A DNA stretch of 49,933 bases, from contig CANGEF010000001.1 in assembly GCA_947452685.1 (NCBI GenBank), positions 1 to 49,933 of the forward strand, written 5' to 3'. Positions within the stretch are counted from its first letter, which is position 1. Every line of letters starts with the position of its first letter. The notes beneath the pieces are model-generated. The model saw only the letters and a list, made by a program, of their open reading frames with translations. It was not told where the DNA came from and ran no database searches. The translations under genes were made by a program, and so were the position numbers. Source of the DNA: Flavobacteriales bacterium (GTDB lineage: Bacteria; Bacteroidota; Bacteroidia; Flavobacteriales_D; Sanyastnellaceae). This document shows positions 28,674 to 37,075 of this stretch, one piece after another.

Positions 28674-29366
28674 ATGTTAGATACACTGCAAGCGTTTTTT
28701 TTACAATCAGACTTTGATCCAATGGGCGGTATGAAATTAGTTCACCTGGAAGACTTCCTAGGTCTAATTATTCGACTTTCAGTGCACATGCTCTTTGTTA
28801 TGATTTTGGTTCGAGGTATCTATTACCCCATAGCCAAGCGTAAAGATTTTTTATTCACCTATCTTCTCTTCAGCATAACCATTTTCCTCATGTGCTTCAT
28901 GTTGGAAAGCGTGAAACTTCAAATGGGTTTTGCGCTAGGTTTATTTGCTGTATTCGGAATTATCCGATACCGAACAGACGCCATTCCAATTAAAGAAATG
29001 ACCTACTTGTTTGTTGTCATTGGAATGTCTGTCATGAATGCACTTATAAATAAGAAAATTTCGTTAATCGAATTGTCTTTTGCTAACCTAGTAATCATCG
29101 GAGCCACCTTCGGGTTAGAGCGTGTGTGGCTGTTGCGTCACGAAGCGCAAAAAATCATGGTTTATGAAAACATTGATTTGATTAAAGTTGGAAGGGAAGA
29201 AGAAATGAAAGCTGACATTGAAGCCAGAACAGGCATCAAAGTAAATCGTTTCGAAATAGGAAAGATCGATTTTCTTCGCGATACAGCTCTAATCAAAATT
29301 TACTTCTTCGAAGACGAACAAGGAAACCAAATGGATGATACCTTTTCGGGAAACATCAACGCATAA
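28674..29366 (+). CDS. DUF4956-like polytopic membrane protein
   Basis: 230 aa with about 4-5 TM helices. FAVFGIIRYRTDAIPIKEMTYLFVVIG resembles the DUF4956 core. A soluble C-terminal region of about 70 aa. A 4-nt gap follows the VTC gene. Confidence 0.6.
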   Translation: MLDTLQAFFLQSDFDPMGGMKLVHLEDFLGLIIRLSVHMLFVMILVRGIYYPIAKRKDFLFTYLLFSITIFLMCFMLESVKLQMGFALGLFAVFGIIRYRTDAIPIKEMTYLFVVIGMSVMNALINKKISLIELSFANLVIIGATFGLERVWLLRHEAQKIMVYENIDLIKVGREEEMKADIEARTGIKVNRFEIGKIDFLRDTALIKIYFFEDEQGNQMDDTFSGNINA

Positions 29367-29372
29367 ACATAT

Positions 29373-30425
29373 TTAGCTAAACATATTCCAGCGCAATACG
29401 TCGTCTTCAGCGATGTCTTGCGCTGTTTGTTTTCCAACCAATTGAGAAATGTCTTTGGGTGAAATACCACTGGCAGGACGCTTCCAAGTCAAATCTTCAA
29501 AACTTACCACATGACCGGCAGGCATGGATTTCGCCGCAACTAAACTTCTGCGCGCATTTGCACGTGCAGGAGCTTCGTCATCAATCGCAGTTAATTCAAA
29601 ACCTCCAAGCAATTCCAAAGTGCGATCCATTCGTGAATGGAAGTGCTTTAGATCTTCTTTGTCCATCGCGTGGTAATGATCGTTCCCAGGCAAGGTCTTA
29701 TCATGAGTAAAGTGTTTTTCCAAAACCGCCGCACCTAATAAAGTCGCAACTTCAAGCGTATGCATATCCTTCGGAAGTGTGTGATCGCTATATCCGGGAA
29801 CCGCTTGAGGAAAGGTTGAAATCAAATCCTTAATCATGCCCAAGTGCGCATTCGGATCAGGTGTTGGATAATTCAACACACAGTGCATTAAACACAATTT
29901 GTTTCCATATTTAGCAATGGTCTCAACCGCTTGCTGAACCTCCCATTTGTAAGAAGCACCCGTGCTTAAAATGATAGGCTTGCCAAATTTGCATTGGTGC
30001 TCAATGAAAGGAAGGTTGGTAATATCTGAACTTGAAATCTTATAAACGTTCATTAAATCGTTTAAGAAATTTGCGCTCTCAACATCGAACGCCGTGCTCA
30101 TGAATTCTATTCCAACTTCTTCGCAATAGCGAGCCAGTTTTTCGAATTCGCTCTTCCAAAATTTGTCGTATTTCTTAAACAACTCAAACTGACTCCGAGT
30201 AGGTTCTTTCGTAATGTCCCAGTAATACGGACTGTCTTTACTCGCAATGGTTTCAGCTTTGTAGGTCTGAAATTTAATGGCATTCGCGCCGCCTTCTGCC
30301 GCTTCGTCAATGAGTCTTTTCGCAAGGTCCATCGAGCCTTCGTGATTCACACCGGCTTCAGCAATGATAAACGGACGAACGATTTTTTTTGAATCGAAGT
30401 TGTATAGAAAATCTGTTAAGCTCAT
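29373..30425 (-). CDS. N-acetylneuraminate (nonulosonic acid) synthase family protein, NeuB-like with C-terminal SAF domain
   Basis: 350 aa. PFIIAEAGVNHEGSMDLAKRLID, the metal-site His residues (CVLNYP..., SDHT) and a SAF-like C-terminus RRSLVAAKSMPAGHVVSFEDLTWKRP. Confidence 0.8.
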   Translation of the reverse strand: MSLTDFLYNFDSKKIVRPFIIAEAGVNHEGSMDLAKRLIDEAAEGGANAIKFQTYKAETIASKDSPYYWDITKEPTRSQFELFKKYDKFWKSEFEKLARYCEEVGIEFMSTAFDVESANFLNDLMNVYKISSSDITNLPFIEHQCKFGKPIILSTGASYKWEVQQAVETIAKYGNKLCLMHCVLNYPTPDPNAHLGMIKDLISTFPQAVPGYSDHTLPKDMHTLEVATLLGAAVLEKHFTHDKTLPGNDHYHAMDKEDLKHFHSRMDRTLELLGGFELTAIDDEAPARANARRSLVAAKSMPAGHVVSFEDLTWKRPASGISPKDISQLVGKQTAQDIAEDDVLRWNMFS

Positions 30426-30429
30426 AATC

Positions 30430-31611
30430 TTATTTTAATTCTTGAATGGCATGCCAAGCAAGCAATCCCATTCCAATTTTTAATGCGTTTTCGTTGACAG
30501 CGAATTTACTGTTGTGAACAGGAGCGTTCATCGTTCCATCTTCGTTTGACGTCCCTAGACGGTAGAAACAACCGGGCATATGCTGAGAGTAATACGCGAA
30601 ATCTTCTGCTGTCGTTCGCATGTCTAAATCAATGACATTCTCTTCGCCTAAATATTCTTTCGCTTGAGAAATCGCTCGGTCTGTTAATTCCGGATTGTTG
30701 TACACAACAGGATATCCTTCTTCAATTCTGAAATCAATTTCACCTCCCATTCCTTCAGCCAAGCCTTTAGCCAGAGCAATAATTTTTTCGTGCGCAGTTG
30801 TTCGCCACGATTCCGAAAATGTGCGGAAGGTTCCTTCCAATTTTACTTCATTGGGAATAATATTCGTGGCGCCATTGCCCATGATTTTTCCGAAGGAAAG
30901 AACTGTTGGCATTTGCGGATTGCTCCATCTGGAAACCACCTGTTGCAATGCAATAAGCAGGTGCGAAGCAATGAGAATAGGGTCAATGCATTGGTCGGGC
31001 TTCGCGCCATGCCCGCCTTTTCCTTTAATGGTAACATAGAGCTCATCGGTAGAAGCCATGTAAGCACCTGCACGATACCCCACCTTTCCAGCAGGTAATT
31101 CTGGAAAGACATGCTGTCCAAAAATTCCATTTGGTTTTTTGTCTTGAAACAATCCGTCTTTCAACATAAGTAAAGCACCGCCCGGAAGAACTTCTTCAGC
31201 AGGTTGAAACACCAAGGTGATGATTCCACCCCATTGAGCTTTTGTTTCATTCAAGATTTTCGCTGCACCCAGCAAAGACGAGGTGTGCACATCATGTCCG
31301 CATGCATGCATAACACCATTCACCGTGCTTTTAAATGGCAAGTCATTATCTTCTGTAATTGGAAGTGCGTCCATATCTCCGCGGAGCGCAATCGTTTTTT
31401 CTGAAGGAAGTGCACCAACAATTTCTGCACGAATACCATATCCACCAATATTCTCAGTGAATGGAATTCCCCACTCACGAAGGTGCTGGGCAACATATGC
31501 CGAAGTATTTTTTTCTTGATAAGAAAGTTCAGGATTCGCATGAATGTGTCGGCGAATGGAAACAATTTCATCGAAATATTTTTCTGAAAGTTCTTGAATT
31601 AAAGCTTTCAT
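30430..31611 (-). CDS. M20-family amidohydrolase (N-acyl-amino acid amidohydrolase / hippurate hydrolase-like)
   Basis: ATG at 31611 (MKALIQELSEKYFDEIVSIRRHIHANPELSYQE; the track starts at a TTG). GDMDALP and MHACGHDVHT motifs. ATGA overlap with the upstream gene. Confidence 0.85.
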   Translation of the reverse strand: MKALIQELSEKYFDEIVSIRRHIHANPELSYQEKNTSAYVAQHLREWGIPFTENIGGYGIRAEIVGALPSEKTIALRGDMDALPITEDNDLPFKSTVNGVMHACGHDVHTSSLLGAAKILNETKAQWGGIITLVFQPAEEVLPGGALLMLKDGLFQDKKPNGIFGQHVFPELPAGKVGYRAGAYMASTDELYVTIKGKGGHGAKPDQCIDPILIASHLLIALQQVVSRWSNPQMPTVLSFGKIMGNGATNIIPNEVKLEGTFRTFSESWRTTAHEKIIALAKGLAEGMGGEIDFRIEEGYPVVYNNPELTDRAISQAKEYLGEENVIDLDMRTTAEDFAYYSQHMPGCFYRLGTSNEDGTMNAPVHNSKFAVNENALKIGMGLLAWHAIQELK

Positions 31612-31991
31612 GGCGCGCAATCACATTTTGTTTTTTCTCCTTCACGACTCGCCTCTGCAACCGTTACAGTTGAGTCGGTGCAGAGTATGATATAATTCAC
31701 GTTGTTGTGTGAAAGGAAATAGCGCTTCGGGTTGTTCTGTGCATCTGATTTGGAAAAATCCACCTCACCTTGCCACTTTGCTGTTTCGAAATTCTCCATT
31801 GAAATACCCTGACAGTCCATGCGGCATTTGCCATGATTGGTTACCAACGTTTTGGAAGATTGAATCTGCTTCATGATTTGTTTTCCAGGCATCCAACCCA
31901 ACCAATCGTAGTTCGGGAACATCATAAATACAAGCAAACAGCCAATGGTTAATCCTGTTGCAAAAAGTAAAAGTCTTCTTCGAAATTTCAT
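31608..31991 (-). CDS. Membrane-anchored hypothetical protein (DUF4258-like)
   Basis: The ATG at 31991 gives MKFRRRLLLFATGLTIGCLLVFMMF, an N-terminal anchor. Conserved-looking Cys pattern (HGKCRMDCQGIS ... KCDC). The family call is tentative. Confidence 0.4.
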   Translation of the reverse strand: MKFRRRLLLFATGLTIGCLLVFMMFPNYDWLGWMPGKQIMKQIQSSKTLVTNHGKCRMDCQGISMENFETAKWQGEVDFSKSDAQNNPKRYFLSHNNVNYIILCTDSTVTVAEASREGEKTKCDCAP

Positions 31992-32055
31992 GGTTTTCTG
32001 ATTCCCACAAAAGTGCATAAAATTTCCGAGTTAGCCATTAACTTAGTGGCCAATT

Positions 32056-32703
32056 ATGGCAATCATTCAAACAAGTAATTTAACATACTCCTTTTCGAAA
32101 GGACCGAAGTTGATTTTCCCTTCGTTACAAGCCGAAGAAAATAGCGAGTTGTTAATCTTAGGAAGTAGCGGAACAGGTAAAACAACTTTGCTTCATTTAT
32201 TCGCCGGATTAAGAAAACCTACTTCTGGAGAAGTTGAAGTGAATGGCGTAAAATTGAGTTCGCTGAACGGAGCGTCTTTGGATCGCTTTAGAGGAAAGAA
32301 CATTGGAGTTGTTTTTCAAACTTCACATTTCGTGCAGTCGCTTTCTGTGATAGATAACATTCTTTTGGCCCCTTATTTTTCGAACAACAAAGTTTCGAAG
32401 ATAGATGCCGAGAAAATGCTCGATCGCTTGAATATTCTTTCGAAAAAAAATAAAAAAACCTCAACCCTAAGCGTTGGTGAGCAACAACGCGTAGCCATTG
32501 CTCGCGCATTGTTAAATAACCCATCGCTCATTCTTGCAGACGAACCCACAAGCGCTCTCGATGACGAAAATGCCAAAGAGGTGCTCAACCTTTTGCGCGA
32601 ACAAACGCATGCACTCAAAGCCGCATTGCTCATCGTTACACACGACAATCGTTTGAAAGATGAAGTGAAGCAACGCATTGAATTAACCACTTCAAACCGA
32701 TAA
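32056..32703 (+). CDS. ABC transporter ATP-binding protein (MacB/LolD-type)
   Basis: Walker A GSSGTGKTT, ABC signature LSVGEQQRVAIARAL, Walker B LILADEPTSALD and H-loop VTHD. Confidence 0.85.
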   Translation: MAIIQTSNLTYSFSKGPKLIFPSLQAEENSELLILGSSGTGKTTLLHLFAGLRKPTSGEVEVNGVKLSSLNGASLDRFRGKNIGVVFQTSHFVQSLSVIDNILLAPYFSNNKVSKIDAEKMLDRLNILSKKNKKTSTLSVGEQQRVAIARALLNNPSLILADEPTSALDDENAKEVLNLLREQTHALKAALLIVTHDNRLKDEVKQRIELTTSNR

Positions 32704-32715
32704 CCAGAATTCAAC

Positions 32716-34029
32716 ATGAAAATAATTTTTATTGCTTGGAAAAATTGCTGGCAAAAAGCAGGGGCAACGACTTTAACACTTTTGCTTTTATCCTTTGGGG
32801 TTGGAATTATTTCCATGATGCTCCTACTGGAAAATCAGTTAAGTGAAAAATTCAACAAGAACATTAAAGACATTGATTTCGTTTTGGGCGCGAAGGGTAG
32901 TCCTCTGCAATTAATTCTGGCCAATGTCTATCACATAGACGCCCCAACAGGAAACATCAAAGTTTCAGAGGCCCAGAGAATCATTAAAAATCCAACCGTA
33001 AAAGAGGCCATTCCATTGGCTTACGGAGATAATTACGAAGGTTGGAGAATCGTAGGAACCACCCCGCGTTATGCTGAATTTTATGAAGTGAAACTCAGAG
33101 AGGGAAAAGTTTTCGAAACTCCTTTTGAGGTCACAGTTGGTTCATACGCTGCGAAAGAATTGGGCTTGAAATTGGGACAAACTTTCAAGAGTAATCACGG
33201 TTTAGATAAGGAGGGTGAGCAGGAGGAAGGGCACGATCAACTTTTCACTGTAGTTGGAATTTACGAAGCAAGCGGAACGGTTATCGACCGACTCATCCTT
33301 ACGCCAGTAGAATCTATTTGGGAAGTGCATAATCATGGAGATCATGAAGCCTCAGCGCACACAGCAATTGTTTCAGCCGAAGAACATGATGCGGAAGCTG
33401 CTCACGCAGACCACACCGATCATGCAGATGAACACGTTGCAGAAGAAAAGCATGATCACGCAGAAGATGAACACGCACACGAAGAAGAGCGAGAAGTGAC
33501 GGCATACCTTCTTATTAAGCGTCTCCCAATGGCCCCAATGATTCTTCCGCAATTGGTGAAGAACACGAACATGCAATTGGCATTGCCAGCAATCGAGATC
33601 AATCGCTTGAATGAAAATTTCGGAATAGGCATGAGCGTAGTGAAGGCGGTGGCTATTCTCATTATGATTATCTCATTATTAAGTGTTTTCATTTCGTTGT
33701 ACAATGCACTGCGTGAAAGACAATACGAGTTGGCTATTCTTCGCACGTTAGGTGGAAGAAGAATTCAATTGTTTATCCTTATTTTGCTGGAAGGCTTTTT
33801 CATGGTTGCACTCGGACTCATCATTGGTTTAGTGCTCAGTCGAGTTGGAATAACGCTACTTTCAGACATGGCGAAAGATAGCTTCCACGATGAATTCAAC
33901 GCCATGATTTTTCTTCCACAAGAATATTATTTAGTTGGAATAACGTTGGGTCTAGGTGTGGTGGCATCGTTGTTGCCTGCCTTGCGTGCGTTCTTTATGG
34001 ACATTTCAAAAACACTTTCAAATGATTAA
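32716..34029 (+). CDS. ABC transporter permease, FtsX/MacB-type, with His/Asp/Glu-rich periplasmic insertion
   Basis: 437 aa. TM1, then a large extracytoplasmic domain, then three C-terminal TM helices (FtsX-like: ILIMIISLLSVFISLYNALRERQYELAILRTLGG). The His-rich 56-aa segment is encoded at 33328-33495. Confidence 0.8.
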   Translation: MKIIFIAWKNCWQKAGATTLTLLLLSFGVGIISMMLLLENQLSEKFNKNIKDIDFVLGAKGSPLQLILANVYHIDAPTGNIKVSEAQRIIKNPTVKEAIPLAYGDNYEGWRIVGTTPRYAEFYEVKLREGKVFETPFEVTVGSYAAKELGLKLGQTFKSNHGLDKEGEQEEGHDQLFTVVGIYEASGTVIDRLILTPVESIWEVHNHGDHEASAHTAIVSAEEHDAEAAHADHTDHADEHVAEEKHDHAEDEHAHEEEREVTAYLLIKRLPMAPMILPQLVKNTNMQLALPAIEINRLNENFGIGMSVVKAVAILIMIISLLSVFISLYNALRERQYELAILRTLGGRRIQLFILILLEGFFMVALGLIIGLVLSRVGITLLSDMAKDSFHDEFNAMIFLPQEYYLVGITLGLGVVASLLPALRAFFMDISKTLSND

Positions 34030-34561
34030 GTCGTACAAATTTTTAGCGTTTATTTTTTCAGGAATATTATTCTTGAATGCTTCCGAAGGAACCGAGAAAT
34101 TGAAAGCGCACGCCTACAAACGTGTTGATTTGGGAACGGTTCCAAGTACCATTGTTCCTTATTTGCCAGAAGGGCAGGGGCCAATTGAAATAACTTGGAA
34201 AACCTTGTCTGACGTGACTTACAAAGATATTTACGTGAAAGAATTGGATGCGTATTATTGGAAGCCAACCTTCGGTGGGTCAGTAAAAGCAGTAGCTGGA
34301 AAAGAGGTGTATATCACAGGTTATTTAATTCCGGTAGACTACGACGCAGGTTTTTATGTCGTGTCGAAATTTCCTTATGCGAACTGCTTCTTCTGCGGAG
34401 GAGGCGGACCTGAATCCGTTGTTGATTTACGTTTTTCTGGAAAGCACCGCAATTACAAGACAGATGAGCGTTTGACTTTCAAAGGGAAATTAACCTTGAA
34501 TGCCGATGATGTGTATCAGATGAATTACATCTTGGAAGGCGCAACAGAATTCACACCTTAA
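34022..34561 (+). CDS. Secreted DUF3299-like protein (partner of the MacB-type transporter)
   Basis: The ATG at 34022 (MIKSYKFLAFIFSGILFLNA signal) overlaps the permease stop by 8 nt. GKEVYITGYLIPVD...FYVVSKFPYANCFFCGGGGPES resembles the DUF3299 core. Confidence 0.5.
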   Translation: MIKSYKFLAFIFSGILFLNASEGTEKLKAHAYKRVDLGTVPSTIVPYLPEGQGPIEITWKTLSDVTYKDIYVKELDAYYWKPTFGGSVKAVAGKEVYITGYLIPVDYDAGFYVVSKFPYANCFFCGGGGPESVVDLRFSGKHRNYKTDERLTFKGKLTLNADDVYQMNYILEGATEFTP

Positions 34562-34580
34562 TTTTTTTTATGTTGAAATA

Positions 34581-34609
34581 AAAAATGGCGACCATTGGTC
34601 GCCATTTTT
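34581..34609. terminator. Bidirectional rho-independent terminator between convergent genes (DUF3299-like gene and groEL)
   Basis: AAAAATGGCGACC-ATT-GGTCGCCATTTTT. The GC-rich core stem is flanked by an A-run and a T-run, so it can function on both strands. Confidence 0.7.
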
Positions 34610-34627
34610 GCTTGTCTATGATTGGAA

Positions 34628-36268
<1,641 letters not shown>

Positions 36269-36275
36269 TTAATAA

Positions 36276-36551
36276 TTAAACAATTGCAAAAATGTCCGAC
36301 TCGCGCATGATCAATAGATCTTTTCCGTCTACGCTAATCTCTGTTCCAGCATACTTGCCGTATAAAATGGTGTCTCCCGGTTGAACCGTTGTTGGCTCAT
36401 CTTTTTTTCCAGGTCCAACAGCGATTACAGTTCCTCTTTGTGGTTTTTCTTTCGCCGTTTCAGGAATTATTATTCCTGAAAGAGTAGTGGTTTCAGCAGC
36501 AGCTGGCTCTACTAAAACGCGATCTCCTAGTGGTCTAACGTTATTTGACAT
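36276..36551 (-). CDS. groES: Co-chaperonin GroES
   Basis: 91 aa. [11 protein letters not shown]...[24 protein letters not shown]...[13 protein letters not shown]. Confidence 0.95.
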   Translation of the reverse strand: MSNNVRPLGDRVLVEPAAAETTTLSGIIIPETAKEKPQRGTVIAVGPGKKDEPTTVQPGDTILYGKYAGTEISVDGKDLLIMRESDIFAIV

Positions 36552-36645
36552 GTTTGTTTGTATTTAATGTTTGTGCCCGTCGCAGTCACTATTTGTGCCA
36601 AGCGGGATATTGTTTGTATTGTGTGAACTTTCGTCAGTAAAGGAC

Positions 36646-36678
36646 AAAAAAAATGTCAGTAGTTTGAAGTACTGACAT
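36646..36678 (-). terminator. Rho-independent terminator after secG
   Basis: The minus strand reads ATGTCAGT-(10-nt loop)-ACTGACAT followed by TTTTTTTT (A-run 36646-36653 on the plus strand). Confidence 0.6.
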
Positions 36679-36700
36679 TCTAAAAATGCTATTGTGACAA

Positions 36701-37012
36701 TTATTGTCCTTGTTGCTGTTGGTCACCACCTTGTTGTTGGCCACCATCTGCTTGTTCTGTTTGTTGTTCCTCTTCAGTCGCTGGACGTGCCGAGGTTGAA
36801 AGACTAGTAGATGCTAAACAAAGCACAAAAAGGGCAATGCCTAAATACCAAGTTGCTTTTTCTAAGAAGTCTGCTGTGCGCTTAACTCCACCAATTTGTG
36901 CGCTTCCAGCAAAGCCAGATGATAACCCGCCGCCTTTAGGATTCTGAATTAATACGACTAATCCAAGCAATAGTGCTGCAATGACAATTAAAACGGTTAC
37001 GATAAATTCCAT
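36701..37012 (-). CDS. secG: Preprotein translocase subunit SecG with Gln/Glu-rich C-terminal tail
   Basis: MEFIVTVLIVIAALLLGLVVLIQNPKGGGLSSGFAG is the canonical SecG N-terminus. There is a second TM helix. The tail is TEEEQQTEQADGGQQQGGDQQQQGQ. Confidence 0.8.
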   Translation of the reverse strand: MEFIVTVLIVIAALLLGLVVLIQNPKGGGLSSGFAGSAQIGGVKRTADFLEKATWYLGIALFVLCLASTSLSTSARPATEEEQQTEQADGGQQQGGDQQQQGQ

Positions 37013-37035
37013 GATCTATTAAAATTTGAGGTCCA

Positions 37036-37065
37036 CAAAGATACACGAATTCAAGGAGGAACAAA
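37036..37065 (-). promoter_or_regulatory. Bacteroidetes sigma-A-type promoter candidate for secG (TTTG-N18-TATCTTTG)
   Basis: On the minus strand, the -7 box TATCTTTG is at 37036-37043 and the -33 TTTG at 37062-37065. The -7 box lies 23 nt upstream of the secG ATG. Confidence 0.45.
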
Positions 37066-37075
37066 GGAAGAACCT

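Noticed and set aside
33956-34021. An upstream extension of the DUF3299-like ORF (MWWHRCCLPCVRSLW...).
   Set aside because: The extension lies entirely within the 3' end of the permease gene in another frame. The ATG at 34022 gives a proper signal peptide and an 8-nt coupling overlap.
36585-36604. A TGGCAC motif upstream of groES resembling the -24 element of a sigma-54 promoter.
   Set aside because: On the groES strand the sequence is TGGCACAAATAGTGACTGCG. The position expected for the -12 GC (10 nt after GG) reads GA, and the nearest TGC is 3 nt too far. The spacing is therefore wrong for a sigma-54 promoter.
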